The notes beneath the pieces are model-generated. The model was not told where the DNA came from, did no database searches, and saw nothing but the letters and a program-made list of their open reading frames with translations. From NCBI GenBank assembly GCA_964452145.1, contig CAYVLA010000007.1:19906-83905 (forward strand): 64,000 nt of DNA, read 5' to 3'. A program made the position numbers and the translations under genes. This document shows, one piece after another, positions 19,628 to 28,058 of the stretch. Each line of letters begins with the position of its first letter. The first letter of the stretch is position 1. The DNA comes from Candidatus Hadarchaeota archaeon. Lineage in GTDB: Archaea; CAYQAE01; CAYVLA01.

Positions 19628-20764
19628 TCAGCCGCCGAGTCCCCGGGCGTAGAGGAGGATCCGTGATAGCTCCCGGGGCCCGGGAATGGGTTTGTATCTG
19701 AGGTAGAACTGGATGATTCGCTCGTGGATCTCGGGATTGATCCGGCCCAGCGCGAGCCACCGTGTCGCGTCTCCGACGCAGTGAGGATCCGAACGACCGG
19801 AGCCGGTTATGTCCCCGAGCAGAATCCCGCCTCCCAGCCGCGCGAAGCCGTTGAGCACTGTGGCCGCAAACCCGGTGAGATCGTCCTTGGTGAAAACTCT
19901 GTCGTCGATCGCCAAGGCGAGGGGAAGAGCCATTGTCAGTCCCGCATGTGAGGTGTCCTCTCTCTGGAATTCCTCCCTTGTCGTCGTGTCCTCGACGGGG
20001 TTGCAGGGTAGCCAATAGGGCGAGTAGTAGGCACCATCCGTCGCCTTCAACAGCCTTCTCTTCACGTAGGTCCCCAGTGCCAACGCACGTTCGCGATGCT
20101 CTTCGTTCCCCGTCAGTTTCCATGAGAACCACAGCGCAAGGCCTATGGCGCTGAGCCTATTGCCGGGTAGCGGCCGATTCTCGCATTCCTCCTCCTGATC
20201 CATGCCGACGTAGTGACCCTCAGCGGGGAGCGGTCCTACTCGCCACTGGCGGTCATGAACCGCGATCGCTTCGATGGCACCCCGGAGAACTGCTGATGCC
20301 CTACCCTCTTCAATGGCTCCAGCCTCCTGGGACAGGATCAGAAACTCGATTATTGGAGCCGTGATCACGCCGGTGTGTACGGCGAACACCGCCCGACCAC
20401 GGCTGGCGTAGATGTCACATCCCCACGCACTCACGCTCCTGCCGGTCCAGAGCATGGCGCCGATTCGATCATCCCTTACACGGAGGACGGCTTCCACGCA
20501 TCGGAGACCGGCTTCCAGATACTTGAGGTCCCCGGTGACCCTATACATGTCGTTCAAGGATCCCATTCTAGATGAGAATCCCCATGCGATCCCGCCCCTG
20601 TCATTCGATATCGACGCGATGCTTTTTCGGAGGTCCTCGCCCATGTAGAGTTCGTCATAGCGCTCCGGCGTAGCATAGGAACACAGGGGCAAGGGTCGAT
20701 CAACCGAGGGGAAGTGGCTTAGGAACCGCCTGATGTGGTCAGAGTCGTCCTCGTCATCGGTCAT
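19628..20764 (-). CDS. Hypothetical protein, possibly an (alpha/alpha)-barrel sugar-modifying enzyme
   Basis: Long ORF overlapping upstream gene end; helical repeats YRVTGDLKYLE and WKLTGNEEHRERA, EDTSHA; fold is inference. Confidence 0.6.
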   Translation of the reverse strand: MTDDEDDSDHIRRFLSHFPSVDRPLPLCSYATPERYDELYMGEDLRKSIASISNDRGGIAWGFSSRMGSLNDMYRVTGDLKYLEAGLRCVEAVLRVRDDRIGAMLWTGRSVSAWGCDIYASRGRAVFAVHTGVITAPIIEFLILSQEAGAIEEGRASAVLRGAIEAIAVHDRQWRVGPLPAEGHYVGMDQEEECENRPLPGNRLSAIGLALWFSWKLTGNEEHRERALALGTYVKRRLLKATDGAYYSPYWLPCNPVEDTTTREEFQREDTSHAGLTMALPLALAIDDRVFTKDDLTGFAATVLNGFARLGGGILLGDITGSGRSDPHCVGDATRWLALGRINPEIHERIIQFYLRYKPIPGPRELSRILLYARGLGG

Positions 20765-22406
20765 GCTGGCACGCACCGCCACGGCACCAAAGGCGGGCAA
20801 CCTCCTTCTCGGAGAGCTCCCTTGCATAGATTCGCACATCCCTGATAGATCCTTTGAAATGGTCATGTTCACCGAAACCTATTCTCAGGGGCTCCGAGTT
20901 AGTCACGTCGAAGGCCTCGCCGCCCAGCTCCTTCCGAGCCACTATCTCCCCGTTGAGCAGCAGACTAAGATCTTGGGCCGATCTGATCGCCGCGATGTGC
21001 TGCCATCCAGCCTCAAGCTCCCGGTCGTGGGTTACGCAACATCCGGCCCCCATGGAGTGCACACGGCCGGAGGGAAGAGTTCCGCAGAAGAGCCTTCCGC
21101 GGTAGACCGCCATGGACCATGCTCGCCTGTACTTGGCACCGGGCGTTGCATCCAGCTGGCCCGTATCGATCCAATCGTATCCCCCTTCGTATCGATAGAC
21201 CCGGGCCGCGGGCAATGTCCCGGCATACAGCTTCCCGTTGTACACCACCATTCCCATGACCTGCAATTCTCCTCCCAGTCTCCCACAATCCTCCCATCCC
21301 TCTTCCCACATTCGGAAGACCCTTCCCGAGGGCCAGGTCCCGACATGGAGCCTTCCGCGATACGTTGCGAAGGAGTATGTCTGCGTATTGCCGGGGGGTG
21401 TTCCGCAATCGGACCACCGCGAACCTCCCTCATAGCGGTAGACCCCGCCGCGCTCGGCATCCCATCCGGATCCGTAGAGGCTCCCGTGGTGAACGCCCAG
21501 TGCCTCTACTCGCCCATCGGGATTGCCGCAGCTCATCCATCTCCTCCCACCCTCGTACCTGTAGAGGCCGGGGGGAGCGTACATGGATGAGGCGTAGAGC
21601 CTCCCCCGGAAGACTGTGAGTCCGCCTATGGATTCGCTGGGACCCAGCCTGCCGCAGTCAACCCACTTCACTCCCCCTTCATACCGAAAGACCCTTCCCC
21701 CCGCCGTGGCGTTCTCCGACTCGGGAAGGGCTGATCCCGATGAGCGGTAGTGGGACGCGGCGGCGTAGAGCTTTCCGTCGTGGACGGCCAGGGAAGTGAT
21801 GGCATTGCTGGGGTAGGGGGACCCGCAGTCGGACCAGTTCCTTCCGCCATCGTACCGATACACGTGCCCGAACCGGTCCCTCCCCATCTCGAAGGTGCCC
21901 GCATAGAGGCGGTCCATGTGGACGCAGAGGCACCAAACCATGGTTGCCTCCCCGGGACGCCCGCAGTCGACCCACTCCGGAGGCTTGCCGGAATCGATTC
22001 CGAAGAGGAGATTCCTGTAGTTCGGCTGGGACGAGGTGACCCCGTGGAAGTTCTGGATGAGCAGATTCCAGCCCGTCCTTGTGCTGGGATCATACTTGCT
22101 GACGATGTCACCCAGTGCGCCATCCAGCTCGCTTTCGGTACGCACCCGGGCCGCCAGGGAGAACTCGCTTTCCCCGAGGTGGAGCGATGGGTCATCCGGC
22201 ACCTCGACATAGGAGTCGGTACCGTTGAAGACGGCCCCGCCAGCGGTCCACCCGACCCCGTGCGGGGAGCCATGGTTCCGGTTTCCGGAAGAGTCTCGAC
22301 AGTCGCCCAGCATCGACCAGCAAGCCACCAGATCGGATTCAACGCCCACCGTCGCCCCGTCTTCTCCAAGATCTTCAGGCCGTGCGCGGCCCTCGCTCCT
22401 CGTCAT
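20754..22406 (-). CDS. LamG/ConA-like domain protein with inserted 7-repeat beta-propeller
   Basis: FNGTDSYVEVP..FSLAARV and WQHIAA..LLLNG..FKGSIRDVRIY flank repeats of type LYA..VYRYEGG..W.DCG; start uncertain. Confidence 0.8.
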   Translation of the reverse strand: MTRSEGRARPEDLGEDGATVGVESDLVACWSMLGDCRDSSGNRNHGSPHGVGWTAGGAVFNGTDSYVEVPDDPSLHLGESEFSLAARVRTESELDGALGDIVSKYDPSTRTGWNLLIQNFHGVTSSQPNYRNLLFGIDSGKPPEWVDCGRPGEATMVWCLCVHMDRLYAGTFEMGRDRFGHVYRYDGGRNWSDCGSPYPSNAITSLAVHDGKLYAAASHYRSSGSALPESENATAGGRVFRYEGGVKWVDCGRLGPSESIGGLTVFRGRLYASSMYAPPGLYRYEGGRRWMSCGNPDGRVEALGVHHGSLYGSGWDAERGGVYRYEGGSRWSDCGTPPGNTQTYSFATYRGRLHVGTWPSGRVFRMWEEGWEDCGRLGGELQVMGMVVYNGKLYAGTLPAARVYRYEGGYDWIDTGQLDATPGAKYRRAWSMAVYRGRLFCGTLPSGRVHSMGAGCCVTHDRELEAGWQHIAAIRSAQDLSLLLNGEIVARKELGGEAFDVTNSEPLRIGFGEHDHFKGSIRDVRIYARELSEKEVARLWCRGGACQHDR

Positions 22407-22761
22407 CCCATGTTTCTGACCGGGAGGCTGGGCCCTGGGCCCAAAGTGGGGCCTGCTCCTTCCGGACTTGGCCCGATGGACAGCTGTCTTCGCAGTGCAA
22501 TCCCCACACCGCTGCCCTGGATCGTCATCCACCACCATCCACCCGGCAAGGCCGCAGAGGAAAGTGAGGAGGTGTCTTGTGGAGACGTTGAATATCGGAG
22601 CATTGGCACTGGTCAGCTGTTTGAAGCAGCCCTGCTCTGACGCCGGATGCTTGGGCATGATCTGGAATGGTGTCACCATGGTCCAACCTTGTGCACGAAG
22701 GCAGAAATGACAGAAATGGGTTGTGGAGCGACCCGGAATGGATGTGGGTTGCAGACATGCG

Positions 22762-23517
22762 CTAGATGGTGGGTGCTCCGCATGCGGAGATGAAGTCATC
22801 CGTCGCAATCGTATCCCCGAAGTGGGTTTCGAAGTAGCGGATCGCCCATCGGGTGGCGACTCGTTCCTCGAAGGTGTCGGGGCATTCAACGCCGACGGTC
22901 GCGTCCCTGAGGAGGAAGAGGCGGTAGTCCTTCGAGGCCATGGGCTCGACACCGCCGGGTGCTCGGAGCACGCACATGTCTGTTGCGAAGCCGCAGTAGA
23001 TGATGTTCTTCATGCCATTCGTCCTGAGGACTTGGTCAAGCTCCTCTGACGTGTACACCATGGGCTCATCACCAACCGGGCCAACGATCCCGGCCCTATC
23101 CATGCGCGCAAGGGGAGATCGGCCGGGGTAATCGGTGCCGTGCGAGCGCCAGGCGATCCTCTCCCGCCAGCTCTGCGGCACTCGGTTGCCCTCTTCCTTC
23201 GGCGGCGGGCCGCCCTCGCGGTTCTGTCTGATGGTCTCCGATTCGACATGGCACACCAGCACCGACGCCCTCCGGGCGGCGTCCATGGCCGGTCGGATCT
23301 TCTCCTTCATGATGCGTTCCGCCTCGCGGTGAGCGACAGGAAAACCCATGCCGACCCAGTAGCGCGGATCGATCGGGGGCCCGTCCTCACAGCCGATGTT
23401 CCAGCAGTGCATCGCGATGAGGGTGGTTTCCGACTCCTCAAGCTCGAGGTCCTCACAGACGTAGCCTGGGTCGGTGATCGGGATGGTCCGATAGTAGCGG
23501 CCCTTAAGCCTAAGCAT
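22762..23517 (-). CDS. Isochorismatase-like cysteine hydrolase
   Basis: IIYCGFATDMCV, LLRDAT, TTLIAMHCWN. Confidence 0.8.
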   Translation of the reverse strand: MLRLKGRYYRTIPITDPGYVCEDLELEESETTLIAMHCWNIGCEDGPPIDPRYWVGMGFPVAHREAERIMKEKIRPAMDAARRASVLVCHVESETIRQNREGGPPPKEEGNRVPQSWRERIAWRSHGTDYPGRSPLARMDRAGIVGPVGDEPMVYTSEELDQVLRTNGMKNIIYCGFATDMCVLRAPGGVEPMASKDYRLFLLRDATVGVECPDTFEERVATRWAIRYFETHFGDTIATDDFISACGAPTI

Positions 23518-23518
23518 C

Positions 23519-24763
23519 CTAGGTCACCCTGTTCCGGTCCGCCACCCTGCGGATGATCTCGGCCGCGAGTTGGCAGTGCTCCGGCTCGTATTTCTCGCAG
23601 AAGGTCGACCAGCGGACGAAGTTGTCAAGGAAGTCGCTCGCATTGGGGCAGATGTTCGCGCCGTACCTGTACTCGCGGCTTGCGGGCGGAATCGAGTAAG
23701 GATAGGTCTTTGCCCTTGCGTTCTCATCCAGGAAGGTGCAGGCAGCGGGCATCAGGTAGTACCTGCCCGTCCCGGCACCAGGGATTCCCTCCCTGGATAA
23801 CTGGGAGGCGAATTCATCCGCATCGCAGCTGAACTGCTCCGTATCAATGGTCAGCCCGAACATCCAGCAGGAGTACACGTTGAGGTAGTCGGGAATGGGC
23901 AAGGGCTGCACGCCCGGTATCTCCCCGACCAGTTCCGTCAGCAACCTTGCCATCCTGTCCCTGCGGGCGACCTGGTCGCGGATAAGCTCTAGCTGGCCGA
24001 GGCAGATGGCGGCCGTTGACTGGGTCATTCGATACGCGTAGCCCGGCCGGACATGCCTGCGGCCGAAACGTTCCTCCATCTGGGCCCCCCTGCTCTGTCC
24101 GATGAAGCGGATCCGCCCGCAGAGTTCGCTGTCGTCTGTGACTATACATCCGCCGACGTCGGATCCCATCGTCTTCTCTGCATCGAAGGAGAAGGCGCCT
24201 GCGGTGCCGAGGGTGCCCGCGTATCGCCCCTTGTACTCGCCGAAGACCGCCTGGCAGGCATCCTCGTAGACCACCAGGCCGTGTTCCGCGGCGAGATCGT
24301 TGATCGGGTCCATGTCGCAGATGATTCCGGTCTTGTGCACCAGCAGTATGGCCCTGGTGCGGTCGGAGATGCACGGCTCAATCGTCTCAGCGCTGGCGTT
24401 TACCGTGCCCGGAGCCGTGTCTGGAAAGACAGGAATGTAGTTCTCCTTGATTAGTCCCTGAACCGTGCCGTAGTCGGTTACGGGGCTGACGATTACCTCG
24501 TCTCCGGGCTCGAAGTCGAAGGCCGCTGCCAGGGTGGCGAGGGCGGGGGTGCATCCGGGGGTGGCGATGCAGTGCTTGACCCCGAGCTCCCTTCCGAAGG
24601 CCCTCTCGAAGCGCCCAACCATGTCGACGGTCAGCCCGCTGTCCACCACCTCCTTCAGGTATCGGAGACAGTTGGGCCCCATGATGCGGGGGAATGGATT
24701 TGGAAGGGTTCCCCCCAGGTCTTCAAAGGCGGCGGCACCGTACTTCGCTCTTTCCCTCGTCAC
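23519..24763 (-). CDS. DegT/DnrJ/EryC1/StrS sugar aminotransferase
   Basis: GDEVIV, YEDACQA, FSFDAEKTMG (PLP Lys), GYAYRM. Confidence 0.9.
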   Translation of the reverse strand: MTRERAKYGAAAFEDLGGTLPNPFPRIMGPNCLRYLKEVVDSGLTVDMVGRFERAFGRELGVKHCIATPGCTPALATLAAAFDFEPGDEVIVSPVTDYGTVQGLIKENYIPVFPDTAPGTVNASAETIEPCISDRTRAILLVHKTGIICDMDPINDLAAEHGLVVYEDACQAVFGEYKGRYAGTLGTAGAFSFDAEKTMGSDVGGCIVTDDSELCGRIRFIGQSRGAQMEERFGRRHVRPGYAYRMTQSTAAICLGQLELIRDQVARRDRMARLLTELVGEIPGVQPLPIPDYLNVYSCWMFGLTIDTEQFSCDADEFASQLSREGIPGAGTGRYYLMPAACTFLDENARAKTYPYSIPPASREYRYGANICPNASDFLDNFVRWSTFCEKYEPEHCQLAAEIIRRVADRNRVT

Positions 24764-24767
24764 CTCG

Positions 24768-25502
24768 TCAACCCTCCTCGAGGATGTAGGCCACCACCTC
24801 GTTTGGCTCGGCGAGCCAGACATCGTCCCCGCCAACGCGGCGAACCGTTGTGAAGCGTTTCTCCAGCTCCTCCAGTGTGCAGTCCTTCCAGGGGTGTATG
24901 GCCTTCCCGGGCATCGGGCAATGGCAATAGTCGATTATCCAGCCACCAGCATCAATGGCCTGGTGAATTCTCCTGTATGGGTCGAAGACGGAGTAAAAGG
25001 GGGGCGGGAACTCCGACTGGATGGGCACGCGGCCGAGGCGCATGAGGTCTGTGGCCCTTGTGTTGACCTGGTCGTATATCGTCAAGATGGCTCTGTAGCC
25101 AGCTCTGCGGGCAACCTTGAGGGAGGCTGGATAGGACTCGTTGCTGCCCGGCACGCAGAATATCGATACAGGGATCCCGCAGGCTTCCTCCAGCACATGT
25201 TTTGCGGCAACGACCTCCTCCTCGGCGTTGCTGTCGGTGATCGCTGGATGAGTCATGCTATGGCAGGAGATCCCCCATCCCTCCTCGGTAAGCATGCGAA
25301 GTTCATCGCGGGAGAGGATCATCATCCCATCGTAGCTGCTGCCCGGCACGTTCCGAGGCACCCCCACCTGGCTTGCCACCAGGCACACATGGCCCGGGAT
25401 GCCATATCTGCGGTGCACCCTAAGGGCGTTGTCGAGGAGGGCCCGGCACCCTTCATCATACGTGATGGAGTAGACCCAGCTCTTGCCATTCTTCCACCTC
25501 AC
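24768..25502 (-). CDS. Polysaccharide deacetylase (NodB-like) family protein
   Basis: SITYDEG, GWGISCHSMTHP, GGWIIDYCH. Confidence 0.8.
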   Translation of the reverse strand: MRWKNGKSWVYSITYDEGCRALLDNALRVHRRYGIPGHVCLVASQVGVPRNVPGSSYDGMMILSRDELRMLTEEGWGISCHSMTHPAITDSNAEEEVVAAKHVLEEACGIPVSIFCVPGSNESYPASLKVARRAGYRAILTIYDQVNTRATDLMRLGRVPIQSEFPPPFYSVFDPYRRIHQAIDAGGWIIDYCHCPMPGKAIHPWKDCTLEELEKRFTTVRRVGGDDVWLAEPNEVVAYILEEG

Positions 25503-25989
25503 GGGGATTCCCTCACGGGACTGGCCTTGCCTCGATCAATCTTATATGTTGCGGACCCGGAGAACGGCGGTCTATCGGAAACATGTCCGCAGGCGATGCA
25601 CGACCCCATCATTTCGACCAGGCGCATCCATCCCAGCTAGGCCTCCCAGTTCTTCATCTGGATATTGCAGGCACAGGCCGCATCGCAGAGTCGGAGACCC
25701 ACATCGAATGCCACCACCGCGTCAAGCCCATGAGCGACTTCCGTGGTTGCCGCCTCCTCTACGACCAGTCGCGCAACAGTGGGACCACCTCGACCCCAGG
25801 GCGGGCCAGATAACGACTGGACCGCGTGCCGCTCCCCCATTCTTCCAGGTGATCGCGGCCACGCACGGCAGCACATCGACAGGCGTGGCGCCGTCAACCA
25901 GTCGATGGGGCGCGGGGTGCCGGTCCCAGTGCGTCCGGACCTCATCGGCATCTATGCAGGAAAAGATCTGATCACCAAGGCTGAGTCTC

Positions 25990-27396
25990 TCAGGACTTGC
26001 CGGAAAACGCCTGTCCTGTACGGTAGGAGTAGAGCCGGGCATTGTAGAGGTGGAACCTCAGGCTGACGGGCGCATCGACCATATCCGAGAGGGACCGTTT
26101 CCAGAAGACAACTGCGCCGCAGGAATCAGTTTGGATCGGCCGGCAATCTTCCTTCGAGAACCCCGGAACGATCTTGCCACTTTCATCGAGCAGCTCGACT
26201 AGGACCTTGCCGTAGTTGGACTTCACGTTGAGAAGCAGCTTGGTCCCCCCGAGGATGTAGGGCCTGGTCGTGACGGAACCACCGTCATAGCTGGCGTTCA
26301 TCGAGGCAAAACCATCGAGTCGTAGGGTTGCTAGGCCAATCGACATGGTTCTGCGGTCCTGATCAGCGACGATCCGGGGATCGTATTCTCGCGGCACCTT
26401 TGCATGTCTCCTCGACGTGCCTCTGTAGTAGATGTGCAGCTGTCTGCCGACCCTTATGGGTGGAGCACCGGTGAGAAGTATCTGAAACCGGTCCCACTCC
26501 CCGACCTGACCGAGCGGGATGATCGGTTTGCCGGGTACCCTCATCCAGTTCTCCCCGTCCCGACTTGTGATGAGCCTGAGCGTCTGGGTCTGTTGTCTTG
26601 GGCGCTTGTCGAAGTGGGTGAGGAAACCGAGGTACTGTTCACCGTACACAAAGCCAGTGTTATTGTAGAGGCTCTCCTCCTCGTTGAGGGCTCTCAGGAA
26701 CGGCCTGGGAGCGGTCCAGTGAACGAAGTCCTCGCTAAAGCTTATCAGCCGGTCCAGGCCTCCCCTCAGAAAGGCCACATATCTCCTTCTCAGTGTATCT
26801 ATCATCAGGGACTGGGCATCGCCGACGGGGCCCAGATCATCGGTTCCGGGTCGCGGGTGGAAACGGAAGATCGGTTCGGATGAGTGGCTCCAGTGAAGGC
26901 CGTCTGCTGACGTGGCCGAGTATATCCCCGAAAGAGGGCCATCCCAATCAAGGCTCGACCATCCCAAGGCCTTGTACTTACCTTTGGCCGTACGGTCGAG
27001 CGGGTCCTTGAGCATGGACTCCCAGTGATCTTTTCCATCGTGGTACTCGGCAGGGATGACGATGTTATTCTTCTTGGAGCCCATGGCCTCGTGGAGGCCA
27101 AGACTGGGCCTCTCCCAGCGGATGCCGTCCTTGGAAACGACGTAACACTGGACGTGTTCCTTCGCGGGCTCGTAAAACCCTGCCAGATACCATGCTTTGA
27201 AGGTCTTATCCTCCTCGTCGAATATGACCGAGGCGGTCATGCCAGGGTGCCTCTCCCACGGAGCCTCCTGCTTCAGAACCGGATTGGGGTGCTTCACAGC
27301 CTGATGGAAGACCCGCGTAACGTTCTCCTGCGCGCAGATATCCAGAGAGTCGACGAATATTCTGGGCTTCTCCGAGAGTATCGGGATATCAGCCAT
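25990..27396 (-). CDS. Five-bladed beta-propeller putative glycosidase (GH32/GH43/GH130 clan-like)
   Basis: KHPNPVL, Asp-box-like repeats SKDGIRW, SADGLHW, SEDFVHW, SRDGENW; IGLATLRLDGFAS. Confidence 0.75.
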   Translation of the reverse strand: MADIPILSEKPRIFVDSLDICAQENVTRVFHQAVKHPNPVLKQEAPWERHPGMTASVIFDEEDKTFKAWYLAGFYEPAKEHVQCYVVSKDGIRWERPSLGLHEAMGSKKNNIVIPAEYHDGKDHWESMLKDPLDRTAKGKYKALGWSSLDWDGPLSGIYSATSADGLHWSHSSEPIFRFHPRPGTDDLGPVGDAQSLMIDTLRRRYVAFLRGGLDRLISFSEDFVHWTAPRPFLRALNEEESLYNNTGFVYGEQYLGFLTHFDKRPRQQTQTLRLITSRDGENWMRVPGKPIIPLGQVGEWDRFQILLTGAPPIRVGRQLHIYYRGTSRRHAKVPREYDPRIVADQDRRTMSIGLATLRLDGFASMNASYDGGSVTTRPYILGGTKLLLNVKSNYGKVLVELLDESGKIVPGFSKEDCRPIQTDSCGAVVFWKRSLSDMVDAPVSLRFHLYNARLYSYRTGQAFSGKS

Positions 27397-27946
27397 GCAA
27401 TCATCCAAGGTGACCGACCCTCCTCGAATCAACCGGTCCAAGACTGGCCCCTGTGCCGGGTCGGTGGCTGAAAAAGCGTTCCCTCTCCGGCGGCCCCCTT
27501 TGCCGTGATTGGGAGGTTGGCCAAGGCCGACCATTTGTCGGACGGAGATCACCGAGACGGAAAGACCGCGAAGAACCAGGTGAGGCTCGGGAATGGGCTC
27601 TGTTGGCGCTTCTTTTCACGTTTGCCTGCCGCAGCCCGGAGCATGCCGCCCGCAAAGACATGTGCTAGCACTAGACAGTAGAAGCCGCTCATATAGAGGC
27701 TCACACATCGAAAAACGGCTCGAAGAACCTTCCAGAAAGAGGCAGACTTTTCGACAAACGGGAAAAAAGGTAGATAGCTCCAGAAAAACGGCCATCTTCC
27801 CCCAGAACGGGCATGAGTCTCCCCTATTGCTTGGCTGAAGCAGACGGATGCCCATAGGAAGCTCTTTGTATGGGCGAATGAAGCCTGAATACGTTGGAAC
27901 AAGCTCAGCTGACCACCAAGACGAATAACACCATCCAATCCGTTCA

Positions 27947-27976
27947 ACCTGATACATTTACATACCTGATACATTT
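27947..27976. repeat. Perfect 13-bp direct repeat ACCTGATACATTT (x2, 17-bp period)
   Basis: Copies at 27947-27959 and 27964-27976, ~80 bp upstream of the P-type ATPase. Confidence 0.85.
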
Positions 27977-28058
27977 GCCAACGGGCATGTCCCCCAGTAC
28001 TGTGTGTGCGTTGGCGAATCCTCGCACTGGCCATTCTGACATGGCAGGTGACTCCTGA

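Noticed and set aside
25637..25990. Protein-like fragments in several minus-strand frames (e.g. LARPGVEVVPLLRD)
   Set aside because: Probably a decayed gene, but no family can be supported by eye
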